From positions 1 to 32,419 of IMG/VR virus record IMGVR_UViG_3300046063_000091: a stretch of DNA of 32,419 bases; one strand, given 5' to 3'. Both the position numbers and the translations under genes were made by a program. This document shows, one piece after another, positions 1 to 9,790 of this stretch. The stretch comes from a virus (taxonomy: Duplodnaviria; Caudoviricetes). A model generated the notes under the pieces. The model saw only the letters and a list, made by a program, of their open reading frames with translations, did no database searches and was not told the DNA's origin. Within the stretch, counting starts at the first letter, position 1. Each line of letters starts with the position of its first letter.

Positions 1-3000
1 TCAAGAGGATCCCAGCGCAACGTCGGCGGCCACGCGGCGCGCCTCCTGGGCCTCCCTGCTCTTGAAGAGATCGCCAGCCCGGCGCACGGAAGACGTTCTT
101 TCGTCGGAGGCGCCTTGCTCGGAAGCCGCCTCCTCGTCAGAAGCGGTCTCGTCAGGAGCGTCCGAGAAGGCTCCATTCCGGAGCATCTTTTCTTTCACCT
201 GGTCTCGGGCCTGTTTAAACACGTCTTTTATGGCCTCTACCTGCTCTTCCGTCGGCTCCTGCGGGTCCAGTTGGCCGCGCTCGATCATGCCCTTCACCAC
301 CTTCTTGGCGAGGGTGCCGGCCTCCACCTGGTAGTCGTGATACTCCTGGGCGGTCATCTGGATCTTCTTCCCGTCGCGCACAAAGTGGTCTTTCGGGCGG
401 GTCGGCATCCACGAATCCTCGCCCAGCTTCTGGCGCCAGTTCGACAGCAGGCGGTCGGCGGCCAGCCGCCCGGTGGCGTCGTAGCGGTTGGCGGGGGAGA
501 GCAGGCGGTACACAAAATCCGTTGTCGGCCCAAACCCCTCGTTGCGCTTGGCCTCCTGCCCCCAGGGGTCCACGATGGGCGGAGGCTGGATCTGCGCGAG
601 CGGCACCGCCGAGCGCGCCGTCCGCTCGACGTAGTCGGCGGCGTGCTCCCCGACCGTGGCGTCGTCGGGCAGGAACGAATCCGAATCGCGGTAAAACGGG
701 TCCGCCGCGCGCATCGCCGAGGCAAAGAAGTTGGGGAAGTGTCCGCCCAGGAAGCGCCGCGCCCACTTCGCAGCGTTGCGGCGCGGATTCTCGATGACAT
801 TCGCCAGGTCCAGGACCCCCGCCGCAAGGGTCGATTCGAGCATCACGTCGTAGAGCCGCGACGCCGCCTCGGCATTGGCGCGGGCGAAGGGCTTCCCCCG
901 TCGCCGCGCCTCCGCGTAGTCGCCGGCGTATGCGAGCGGAAAGCTGAACGGGGCGAAGCGGCCGTAATCGTAGCGCGTGTCACCGATGCGGATCGTCGTC
1001 GGCTGGCAGTCGCGGTAGCCCTTCGAGCGGGCGCCCGCGTCGCTCCGGTCAATGGAGCCGCTCAGGTAGGGGCACCCCTCGTCGTCGAGCGTTTCGGCCA
1101 TCGTCTTCAGCCCCAGGCCCACCATCGACGTGACCGCCAGCTGCGCCACATCCTTCGTCACCTCCGCCGAGCGGTAGGGTTTAGCGACGAGCTGCCCGCG
1201 CTGCACCTCGGCGCGAAACAGGCCGTGGCGCGCCACGCGCTGCACCATGTCGAGCGTCTGGAGCGGCGGGATCAGTTTGGCCCCCTGCCGGACGGTGTTC
1301 GAGAGCGTCTTTACGAAGGGCACGAAGCCGTGCAGGAAGTACCCCAAGAGCCGCACGCCCATGCTGTCGTCTTGTGCCAGGCTGTTTTTGCCGCTGCGAA
1401 TCTTTTCCGAGAGCGGGTCGAGCGCCTCCTGAAACGATGCCTCACGCGCCTTTTCGAGGGCTCGTACGCTGGCGAGGCTGCCCATCGAGGCCGTCTGCGC
1501 CTCGATGAACGTCTCCATCTCTTCCCCTTCCAGCCCGTTGTCTTTGGCGAGGCGGTACGCCTGCGCGCCGCGCTCCATCTCAAAGACGATGGTCTTGAAA
1601 AACTGGTCACCGGCGGTGAGCGTGCGCAGGCCCAGCCGGGTCACGCGCCCCTTCGTCCCCCCAATCGCTACCGAGTAGCTCTGCGCCTGGTCGCGCCAGC
1701 CGCCCTCCGTATCGGCCCCCTCCACGCGCTGGTCCAGCACGGGCGCCTCGGTGTCGAACCCCAGCCGCGCGGTCGAGAGCGCCTTTGTGAGCCCCCCCCG
1801 CACCCCGCCCAGGAAATACGGCATCTCCCCCAGCGTCGGCATCCCCTCCTTCGGGCCCAGGATCGCCTCATGCACGCTCCCGGCCGTCATCTCCACCGTG
1901 CGCATGACGCTCTGTTTGAACACGTTGGCTCCCGTCGAGCCGAGGTTGAGCACCTGCGTGGACATCCCCGACAGGATCGCCGCCGTCCAGTACTCCTTCC
2001 ATTTCGAGCCGGCCCCGGCCCGCGCCGCAGTGATGACGCGCACCGCCTGCGCCGCCCGGCTCGGGTTCTCGGCGAAGAGCTCGCCCTGCCCTTCCTCCGC
2101 AAACGCCAGGCCGTTGTTTTTGAGCATGGCGGCGATCTCTTGCGTCTCCTCCGCGTGGGCCGCCTCCGCGCGGGCCACCACCTCTTCGTCCTCGGAGTTC
2201 ATCTTGCCCGCGTTCTGCTTTGAGGGGCTGAAGAGTACCTTCATGAAGTCCTCTCGCGCGCGCTCCGCCGGTGAGAGGTTCTCGTCTTGCGCGGCGGAGA
2301 GCGCCCGCGCCGCCTCGCTCATGCGCTCGCGGTAGCGCTTCGTAATCTGCCCCAGCTCGGCGATGCGCTGGGCGTCGCCGCTGTCGAGCGCCTCGCGCCC
2401 CTCGCGCTCGATGATCTCCTTCGCCATCATCACCTCGACCTTTTCGAGGCCGCCCTCGCCTTCGAGAAGCGCCTGGCGCTCGCCCTCGTAGTCGGCGTCT
2501 AAGCGCCGGCGGGCCTCGGAGCGCCACTCGGCCATGCTCTCCTGCGTGGGCATCCCGGCCTCCTCGCGGAGCTGGTCCATCACGTCCACGGCGCTGCGCA
2601 CCTCGTCGGAGTCGGCCGGGTTGGCGAGTTCGGGGCGGCCCGGCGTGCCCGGCTCCCCACGCGCCGCCGCCTCGCTTTCGGAGCGCAGGCGCTCGGCATA
2701 AAAGTCGTCGAGGAACGCCTGCGGGTCGTCGTAGTCAGAAGGCTTCGGGGTCGCGTCAGCATTCGCCTCCGAAGCATTCGCGTCCGAAGCATTCGCGTCG
2801 GGGTCGGCCTGATTGCCAGCTCCCGATTCTGCCCAATCCCCGCGCCGCTGGAAGCGGGTAGGGCCCGGCTCGTAGGGGGCTTGCTCTTCGCGCGTCTTCA
2901 GGTCGGTGCGTTTCTGAATTTCTTCGTCGCTTAGTCCCAGAGGACGACCCTTCGCCTCGCGTGGCGCAGGAAACATCCGCTGATAAGAACTCCCGTCTGC

Positions 3001-6000
3001 GGTCACGACATCCATCAGAACGCCGTCCGCAATGCCCTCTACCGCTACTTCGTGGCGCACCTGGTCATTCAATAGCTCCCTGGGCACAGACAGGGCCACC
3101 TGGCTGGCCCCGTTCTCCACAGCGAATGTACGCACGGCCTCTGTTAGCGTCTCGGTATCATCCAGTAGGGCCGCCTTCGCTCGCCCCAATCCCCGGACGC
3201 GCCCATCGGCCGCTCGCCCAATTACAATGATGCCCTCTGAGGTCTGCGCCTCTTTGGCAACGCCTGCTATTTCCGCCGGGGTGTTGACCGAGCGCCCGAG
3301 TAGTTTATGCGGAGTGCTGGGGGTGAATAGCTGGTCTTGCGCGGTTTCAGGGTCGATGCCCGCTCGCTCCAGCGCGTCTGGGTCGGTAATGTCCTCCACG
3401 CGCTCGTTGAGCCTCGGTCTGCGCGCGCGCCCCCGCGCGGACTTGTCCTCCTCCAGCACGCGAAACTCGCCGCTGTCGATGATGACGTGCCCCTTGAAGC
3501 GATCCATCAGGCTGCCGACCAGCGCTTGCGTAAAGCGCTGGTCAGCCGCCGATGAGGAGGAAACGTTGCCCGACGGGTGGTTGTGCAGGGCAAACACGCC
3601 GTCCGCCCCGCGCTCCTCCAGCCTGCCTTCGAGCCACGCCAGGCGCTCCTCGGTAGTCTGGCCGGCAGCTTGCGGGAACGCCGCTGACGCGCCAGGCAGC
3701 CGCGACGAAACGTTGTCCGAGCCGAGGATCTCGAAGCCCCCCGTGTCGGGAAGCTCTCGAACATAGATGTACCGGAGCGTCTCAAAACGCGAATCGCGCA
3801 GGACCTGCGCCACGGCGGCCAGGTCCTGCGCACCGGAGATGCGCTTGCCCGTGAGTGAAGCTGCTCCCTCGGAAACTAATTGTTGCCCGATTCTTCTTCC
3901 GAGGAGCTCAATCGGTTCCGCCTCGTCCGTCTGCCGGTCTGGTACGGAACTTCGACGCCCTCGTGATGGCGAAGCACGCTCGGCGCTTTCGGGATCTCCG
4001 AATAGTTCGAGCTGTTCTCGGACGTCTTGGAGCGCTTCTTCGGCGCGACTTCGGCTTCCGCTTTCCGATTCGTTTTGTCGGATGTCATAGCGCTGTGCTG
4101 CTGCTTCGGGGTCAAAACGCACGTCTCCTACGCGCTGAAACCGCGCCCGGTTCTCGATCTCGACGGCCTCCTCGGCGCGCAGGTTGCGCGCCGCCGCCTC
4201 CAGCACCAGCTTGAGGTCCGCGTCGGTCGGCGCGCGCCCCAAAGCCTCCCGCAACTTCGCGGCCTGCTGGCGAAAGAAGTCCAGGATGCGTTGCACAAGC
4301 GAGCGCTCCACGTTCAGGCCGCCCTCGGCCAGGTGCGCCAGGTACTCCTCGGCCAGCTCGATGCGCGTCTCGCGGCTCGCGCCCTCTACGCTGTCCACCC
4401 CCTCCGGCGCGTAGAAGTCCAGCAGGCTCCCCCCTTCCAGGCTGGCGGCCTGCATCCGCTCGGTGCCGATGACACCGGCGAGGCGGTCCATGGCCGCCTC
4501 AAACTGGTCCTGTGAGGCGAAGAACGCGCGCAGGCCCTCATGCCCGGCCACCTCGTGCAGGTACGTCTGGATGGCCTGCTGCTCTACTGTAAGGCCGCTC
4601 GCCTGGGCCGCGCGCCACACCTCCGAGGCGACCATCTGCGCCTCCCCGTCAAAGAAGAAACCCGGCGTGACGAACCCCTCGCGCTGCCCCTCGGCGAAGC
4701 GCCTGCCCGCCTCGCCGGGCACGTCTTCGGGCAGCATGTGGATCTTTGCAGCGGGAAGTCCTGACTGGAGGAGCCGTGACAGGGCGGCCTCTATGCGCTC
4801 GACGACTCTCTCGCCCCGCTCTCGGGTCTGTTCCTGGGTCCCTTCCTTCCCGGCGGGCTGCCGGGGCTGTACATCACCTTTTGCACTCTCACGCCCGCCG
4901 CGACGCTGGAAGGGCGCCTCGGTCGCTTCTCCCTCGGGCCTTTGAGCGTTTGTTTGTCCATCGGGAGCCTCCTGGGAAGATGCTTCCTGGGAAGAGGCTT
5001 TTTGGGGAGCGGGGCGTTGCGCGTCGGCAATCTCATTAGCGAGTTCAGGCGTGAGCGTCTTGCCCGTCACGTTCTGAAACTGATCCTCCAGGGCGCTCAT
5101 GGCCCGCTCCGGGGCAGACTGGAGGCTCGTCGGCCCGCCGGGGTTATTCTCCATCACGTCGAGCAGGTCGCCCACGTCCGTGCCGGTTTCATCGGCAACC
5201 TGGCCGAGGCTCATCGTGTCGGTACGACCGCGCGTCACCCAGTTGCCCAGGCCGCGCTCAACGATCTCGTCGCCGCTCGCGCGCCCTCGCACGGCGTCCC
5301 CCTGCGAGTTGTACGGCGCGTTCTCGCGCAGGGCGCGTAGCAGGGGGTCGTTTTCGGCACGCTGGCCGTGGCGGGCCTGCTGCTGCGCGATGGTATGCGC
5401 CTCGGCCAGTTCGATGGGGTTCTCGCTCGACTGCGCCACCGCCTGCGGGTAGCCGCTCACGCCCACGGCGCGCACCTCCTCTTCCGGGAGACGGGCGCGC
5501 CGCTCGTCGATGGCGGCGCTGTTTTCGGCGAAATACTCCGCCAGCACGCGGTCGTGCTCGCTGGAACGCCGGTCCACCACGCCGCTGCGGTCGGTGCCGT
5601 CGGCCTCCGTCTCGGTGTTGACGACCTCGAGGCGCCCGTCAGGCTGCGGGCGCACCTCGTAGCGGCCGCTCTCGAATGGGTAGGGCGTCAGAGCACGCTT
5701 TTTTAGTTCAGGTTCAGTCCCGGCACGGGGCGGCGCCTCACCAGGTCGGCCACCCACCGCTGCACCATCGCCTGACTGGCCTGGTGCTCCAGAAGCACCG
5801 GCGGCTTCCTCGGCACCCACCCCTTCCACGGTGCCCCCCTGCTGGCCTGGAGCGTTTGGCGTGACGTCAGCGGGAGCCCCCGCAGGGGCGGGAGATACGT
5901 CGGGGGTAGCCGGTCCATCAGGGGGTCTTTCATTTGGGGTTCTTTCATTTGGGGGTCCTTCATCGAGCGCTTGCTCTTCGGGGAAAAGGTCTTGCTCGCT

Positions 6001-8574
6001 TTCGCGGCGCTGACGCTCGGACTGGCGCGCCTGCTCTCGGGTCTCGACCAGGTTCTGCTCGGCCTGGCGCAGGCGCTCGCGGTAAGGTTGTAGTATCTGG
6101 TCGAAGTCTTCCTGCGTCGCAGCACGCTCCCCCATGCCTTCCAGGCTTTGCTGCGCGCTCTGCCCACCAGCGTTCGCTCCCGAAGTGTTCGCTTCGCGGC
6201 CCTGCTCTTCCGTCGCCTCGCCAAAGAGGTCTTCGCTTTGCGGCTCATCCGGCCCTCTGTCCCCCAGCTCGTCGCGCTTGGCGTTGAGCTCCTGCCGGGC
6301 GGCCTCTACCTCCGCCTCCGCCTGTTCGACGGCTTGCCGGGCGGCCTCGGCGCTCGGGTAGGTGCGCCGGCGGCCCGAGCCGACGCCCAGGTCGCCCTGC
6401 GCCTCTTCCGTGGCGTCGGCTTCAGGCGCGCCCGTATCACCATCCTGCCGAGAACTCGACTGCCCCTCGTCGATGGATACATTCGGCTCCACCTGCTCTT
6501 CTTCACTGGCCGGAACGGTGCCGCCTTCAACTGCTGCCTCACCTTCTGCGGCTTCTTCCCGCGACGGTGGCGGGGCCTGCTCTTGCGCTTCGGCAGGGTT
6601 CTGTTCAGCGCGACGCAGACGCTCGCGGCGCTTCTGCACCCTCGCGCGTGCCGCCGGCACTTCATCCGCTGCGGCGCGCGTGTTCTGCGCACTGCTGCCG
6701 GTCAACGGCGGACGTACGGCGCGCTTCTCTTGCTCCCGCCGCGCCATTTCATCAAGGAGGGCATCGGCTTCGGCCTCCGAAGCCGCGGCGGGCAAGCGCT
6801 CGGCCAACTCCTCCTCTGAAAGATCTCGCATCTCGGCCGTCCGCCTGCCTTCGCTTTTCTGCCCGGCGGAAGCGGCCTGCGTCGCCGTGGAAGTCGCCGC
6901 CGACTGCCCGGCTCCGGCGACCGCCTCGATAGCGCCCTCGCCGAAGCGAATGTCCTCTCCCGCGAGCGCCTGCCCGGCTACCTCGCCGCCCGCCTCGCCG
7001 AGCGTTTCCGATGCAAACCCGGCCCCGCTTCGCGACACCTGCGACAGGTTGGTGCCCTCCAGCGCGGGCAACGCCGAAGCGAAGAAGGCCTCCACCGTGC
7101 CCACCGCGCCGCCGCGCTGTTTCGCTCGCCTGCGCACCCGCTCTGCGAGCTGCTGCCCTTGCTCCCCCTTGAGCGCCTGCCCCAACGCCTTCGGGTCGGT
7201 AATGTCCACGCCCTCTTCCATCAGGTACTGCGCGAGCGCGGCCTTTTCCTCTACGCTTGCGCTGCCGACAAACGCGCCTGCCGACGAGCCAGCTTTTGCC
7301 CCCGCTGGGCCAAAAACACTTCCGGCCAGCGCGCCCAGCGACGTCGTCAGGATCGACGGAAGCGATTGCAGCGACGAGGACGTGACGAGATTGTACGCGC
7401 TGCCGGCCCCGCCCTGCTCCAGTTGCGAGAGCGCGCCGGCCACGGCCTCGCCTTGCGTGCTGCCCTCGCTGGTGGCTTCGGCCTGCGCCGCCGCGACACG
7501 TGGGTCGCGTGGAAGCTCACCCATCTGTCGCGTGTAGCGGGCTGCCTCCTTCGCCAGCTTCGCGCGCTCCTCGTCCGTGTACGGCTCGGGCGCAAAGAGG
7601 GGGTTGTTCTTGGCCGCCGGGCTCGTCGCCTTGGGGCGGCCGCGTAGCAGTTTGTCGAGGGCGCGGCCTTGCTGCATCTGCCAGTACGAACGTTTCAGAC
7701 CTGTCGTCCACGTCGTCTTGTCCTCCTGCTCGCCGGGAAAGAAACGAGGGTCGGCGAGCTTTTCGACGGCGCCGGCCGCCTTCGTGCGGCCCTCTTCGAG
7801 ACGCGCGGGTGCTTCCTCGTTGAAGCGCTCCATTTTCGCGCGCAGGTCTTTGACGCGACGGTTGTAGGCCTTGACCGCCTCGGCGTTGCTCTCGTCGAGC
7901 GAGTCGCCAGCGGCCTTGAGCGCGGCGGCTTCCGCTTCGAGCTCCTTGCGACGCGCGGCCACCTCCTCCATCTGCTGCACGCCCGCCTCGCGCTCCTTCT
8001 CGATCTGCTCGACAGCGCGGCCGTATCGTATCGCCTGGCGGCGGTCCTGCGCTGCCCCGCGCGTGGAGGTGGACACCGCGGCGGCGGGATCGGGGCGCGG
8101 CGGTTCTTTGTCGGCCGACTGCTGAGATTGCTGCGCCGGCGGCGGCCCCGTGAGCGCGTCGCGCAACTCTTTTTCGCCACCGGCCGCTTCTTCGAGGCGT
8201 TCTCGCCGCGCGGTCGGGGGGTCGGGGGACTGCTGATCGGCTGTACGGTCGGGCCGCTCGCCCTCTTTGCCGCCCAGAGCCGGCGGTTCTGCGGGCAGCT
8301 CTACGGCGGCCTCCATTCCGTTGCGTACTTCCGCTGCGCCGCCCGAGCCCGAGCCTCTTTGCTCCAACCCAAAACGCCGGCGGGCTTTTCGGATCGGCTC
8401 GTCGCCGGCGTCGTTGCGGAGCGAGCCCTCCTCCAGTCCGAAGCGCTGACGTGCACGCTGGCGGGCTTCATCGCTCGGGGCTTCCTTTCCCTGCGGTTCC
8501 GTGTCCAAACCAAACCGCTCGCGGGCGCGTCGTTGCGCCTCTCCGAGTTTGCCAGCCGTTTCAGGATCGCCCAT
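1..8574 (-). CDS. Large polyvalent protein (probable virion-injected protein): Gly/Ala-rich hydrophobic region, zincin-like metallopeptidase, JAB/RadC domain, LPD38-like C-terminus
   Basis: Start placed at ATG 8574 (MGDPET), 5 nt after the upstream stop; TGA at 1-3; 2857 aa. Motifs: YLHEVAGHEGL (HEVAGH at 4540-4557) with downstream AEEYLA; LHNHPSGN..S.AD..GHVII (HNHPSG at 3568-3585); PFVKT..N and YDYGRFAPF near the C-terminus. Confidence 0.85.
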   Translation of the reverse strand: MGDPETAGKLGEAQRRARERFGLDTEPQGKEAPSDEARQRARQRFGLEEGSLRNDAGDEPIRKARRRFGLEQRGSGSGGAAEVRNGMEAAVELPAEPPALGGKEGERPDRTADQQSPDPPTARRERLEEAAGGEKELRDALTGPPPAQQSQQSADKEPPRPDPAAAVSTSTRGAAQDRRQAIRYGRAVEQIEKEREAGVQQMEEVAARRKELEAEAAALKAAGDSLDESNAEAVKAYNRRVKDLRAKMERFNEEAPARLEEGRTKAAGAVEKLADPRFFPGEQEDKTTWTTGLKRSYWQMQQGRALDKLLRGRPKATSPAAKNNPLFAPEPYTDEERAKLAKEAARYTRQMGELPRDPRVAAAQAEATSEGSTQGEAVAGALSQLEQGGAGSAYNLVTSSSLQSLPSILTTSLGALAGSVFGPAGAKAGSSAGAFVGSASVEEKAALAQYLMEEGVDITDPKALGQALKGEQGQQLAERVRRRAKQRGGAVGTVEAFFASALPALEGTNLSQVSRSGAGFASETLGEAGGEVAGQALAGEDIRFGEGAIEAVAGAGQSAATSTATQAASAGQKSEGRRTAEMRDLSEEELAERLPAAASEAEADALLDEMARREQEKRAVRPPLTGSSAQNTRAAADEVPAARARVQKRRERLRRAEQNPAEAQEQAPPPSREEAAEGEAAVEGGTVPASEEEQVEPNVSIDEGQSSSRQDGDTGAPEADATEEAQGDLGVGSGRRRTYPSAEAARQAVEQAEAEVEAARQELNAKRDELGDRGPDEPQSEDLFGEATEEQGREANTSGANAGGQSAQQSLEGMGERAATQEDFDQILQPYRERLRQAEQNLVETREQARQSERQRRESEQDLFPEEQALDEGPPNERTPNERPPDGPATPDVSPAPAGAPADVTPNAPGQQGGTVEGVGAEEAAGASGAPGQSGDGAAVGGRPGEAPPRAGTEPELKKRALTPYPFESGRYEVRPQPDGRLEVVNTETEADGTDRSGVVDRRSSEHDRVLAEYFAENSAAIDERRARLPEEEVRAVGVSGYPQAVAQSSENPIELAEAHTIAQQQARHGQRAENDPLLRALRENAPYNSQGDAVRGRASGDEIVERGLGNWVTRGRTDTMSLGQVADETGTDVGDLLDVMENNPGGPTSLQSAPERAMSALEDQFQNVTGKTLTPELANEIADAQRPAPQKASSQEASSQEAPDGQTNAQRPEGEATEAPFQRRGGRESAKGDVQPRQPAGKEGTQEQTRERGERVVERIEAALSRLLQSGLPAAKIHMLPEDVPGEAGRRFAEGQREGFVTPGFFFDGEAQMVASEVWRAAQASGLTVEQQAIQTYLHEVAGHEGLRAFFASQDQFEAAMDRLAGVIGTERMQAASLEGGSLLDFYAPEGVDSVEGASRETRIELAEEYLAHLAEGGLNVERSLVQRILDFFRQQAAKLREALGRAPTDADLKLVLEAAARNLRAEEAVEIENRARFQRVGDVRFDPEAAAQRYDIRQNESESGSRSRAEEALQDVREQLELFGDPESAERASPSRGRRSSVPDRQTDEAEPIELLGRRIGQQLVSEGAASLTGKRISGAQDLAAVAQVLRDSRFETLRYIYVRELPDTGGFEILGSDNVSSRLPGASAAFPQAAGQTTEERLAWLEGRLEERGADGVFALHNHPSGNVSSSSAADQRFTQALVGSLMDRFKGHVIIDSGEFRVLEEDKSARGRARRPRLNERVEDITDPDALERAGIDPETAQDQLFTPSTPHKLLGRSVNTPAEIAGVAKEAQTSEGIIVIGRAADGRVRGLGRAKAALLDDTETLTEAVRTFAVENGASQVALSVPRELLNDQVRHEVAVEGIADGVLMDVVTADGSSYQRMFPAPREAKGRPLGLSDEEIQKRTDLKTREEQAPYEPGPTRFQRRGDWAESGAGNQADPDANASDANASEANADATPKPSDYDDPQAFLDDFYAERLRSESEAAARGEPGTPGRPELANPADSDEVRSAVDVMDQLREEAGMPTQESMAEWRSEARRRLDADYEGERQALLEGEGGLEKVEVMMAKEIIEREGREALDSGDAQRIAELGQITKRYRERMSEAARALSAAQDENLSPAERAREDFMKVLFSPSKQNAGKMNSEDEEVVARAEAAHAEETQEIAAMLKNNGLAFAEEGQGELFAENPSRAAQAVRVITAARAGAGSKWKEYWTAAILSGMSTQVLNLGSTGANVFKQSVMRTVEMTAGSVHEAILGPKEGMPTLGEMPYFLGGVRGGLTKALSTARLGFDTEAPVLDQRVEGADTEGGWRDQAQSYSVAIGGTKGRVTRLGLRTLTAGDQFFKTIVFEMERGAQAYRLAKDNGLEGEEMETFIEAQTASMGSLASVRALEKAREASFQEALDPLSEKIRSGKNSLAQDDSMGVRLLGYFLHGFVPFVKTLSNTVRQGAKLIPPLQTLDMVQRVARHGLFRAEVQRGQLVAKPYRSAEVTKDVAQLAVTSMVGLGLKTMAETLDDEGCPYLSGSIDRSDAGARSKGYRDCQPTTIRIGDTRYDYGRFAPFSFPLAYAGDYAEARRRGKPFARANAEAASRLYDVMLESTLAAGVLDLANVIENPRRNAAKWARRFLGGHFPNFFASAMRAADPFYRDSDSFLPDDATVGEHAADYVERTARSAVPLAQIQPPPIVDPWGQEAKRNEGFGPTTDFVYRLLSPANRYDATGRLAADRLLSNWRQKLGEDSWMPTRPKDHFVRDGKKIQMTAQEYHDYQVEAGTLAKKVVKGMIERGQLDPQEPTEEQVEAIKDVFKQARDQVKEKMLRNGAFSDAPDETASDEEAASEQGASDERTSSVRRAGDLFKSREAQEARRVAADVALGSS

Positions 8575-8579
8575 GAGAT

Positions 8580-9749
8580 CTAATACTTGACGCCATATTC
8601 CTGCTCGAATTGCTCTTTTGTGATCTCCCCACTCTGAACGAGGCCACACGCCGCCTTTATCTCTTCTTGCAAAGCCTTCTGCTCTTCGTCACCCCCGCCT
8701 TCCGCAGACGTCGCCTCGTCGAGCATCTTCCGGTACTTGTCGAGCGCCTCGTTTTTGTCGTTGTAATCCTCTGTGGTGAGAGGCACGTCAACCTTCCCGC
8801 CCGTCCCCAGCGCATTCGAGGTTACAGTCTTCGTGCCAGACGCTATCTCTTTCTCCAGCCTCTTGATTTGCGCCTTGATCTCCTCGGGGGTCAGCGCGGT
8901 CGTTTCGTCTCCCTCTTCGCCTCTCCGCTCCTCCGCCAGCGCGTTCGCCGAAGCGGTTTGCGCCTCGTTCTCGCGGGTGCGCGACTTGATCTCCTCGATC
9001 TCCGCCTTCTCCTTCTCCGTCATCGGCAAGTTGCGCTTTTTCTTTTCCTGGAGGAGCTCCAGGCGTTGCTTCTCTTTGAGCGTCTCGATCTTTTGCTCGG
9101 CCTCCTGCTTGTTCGTTTCGCGATCTCTCTGTTCCTTTTTCTCGTCGCGTTTCATCTTACGCCGGTGCTTCTTCCGCGCGTCGGCGTCGTCCTGGCGCTC
9201 CTGAACCTCTTTCGTCTCCTGCTCCCGGTTGTACTTCTTCTGCTCCAGGAGGCGGTCGTAGTAGGCCCCCAGGCGCTTCTGGTAGCCCTGGTCCATCTGC
9301 TGCTTCGCCCCGGAAAAGCCCCGCGTCGCCCCGCTCATCAGCGCGGTCGCCATCGGCGCGTCGGCCAGCGCCCCGATTCCCGAAAGCGCCAGCGACGCGA
9401 GCCCCGCCCACTTAAGCCCCTTCGCGCGGCGCTCGTTGTACTCCGGCTTCGCCCCGGCAAAGCCGCGCATCCGAGGAAGCCCCTCCGGATCGCCCCCTTC
9501 CTCGGGCGGCGAATCCGCTGAGGAAGCCCCCGCCGAGGAAGCCCCCGCCGGCGGCGGAATCGCGCCGGACAGCCCCCCGCCGGCGGAGGCGGCGTCGCCG
9601 GCAGCGCCCTGCCGGCCGGCCGCCCCCGGCGTCTCCTTGCGGCCCGTCACTGCCTTACGGGAGGCGCTCTCTGAAGGGAGCTCTTGGGAAACGAGGTCTC
9701 CCAGCTCGTCGTCATCGCGGAAGCGCTCGGGTACAGGAGGAGTCGGCAT
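8580..9749 (-). CDS. Putative internal virion / ejection protein
   Basis: 389 aa with a disordered N-terminus, a hydrophobic Gly/Ala segment (GLKWAGLASLALSGIGAL) and a long charged coiled coil; directly upstream of the polyvalent protein. Confidence 0.6.
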   Translation of the reverse strand: MPTPPVPERFRDDDELGDLVSQELPSESASRKAVTGRKETPGAAGRQGAAGDAASAGGGLSGAIPPPAGASSAGASSADSPPEEGGDPEGLPRMRGFAGAKPEYNERRAKGLKWAGLASLALSGIGALADAPMATALMSGATRGFSGAKQQMDQGYQKRLGAYYDRLLEQKKYNREQETKEVQERQDDADARKKHRRKMKRDEKKEQRDRETNKQEAEQKIETLKEKQRLELLQEKKKRNLPMTEKEKAEIEEIKSRTRENEAQTASANALAEERRGEEGDETTALTPEEIKAQIKRLEKEIASGTKTVTSNALGTGGKVDVPLTTEDYNDKNEALDKYRKMLDEATSAEGGGDEEQKALQEEIKAACGLVQSGEITKEQFEQEYGVKY

Positions 9750-9790
9750 CGGAAAAACGTGCTGCTCGAAAAGAACCGAAGCGGGAATCC

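Noticed and set aside
1-8574. Tape measure protein or virion RNA polymerase
   Set aside because: No tape-measure repeats or tail tube/chaperone genes; no DxDGD-type polymerase motif seen in this protein.
8575-8649. Upstream GTG start of the 2882-aa ORF
   Set aside because: Overlaps the previous gene by 70 nt; ATG at 8574 sits just after its stop.
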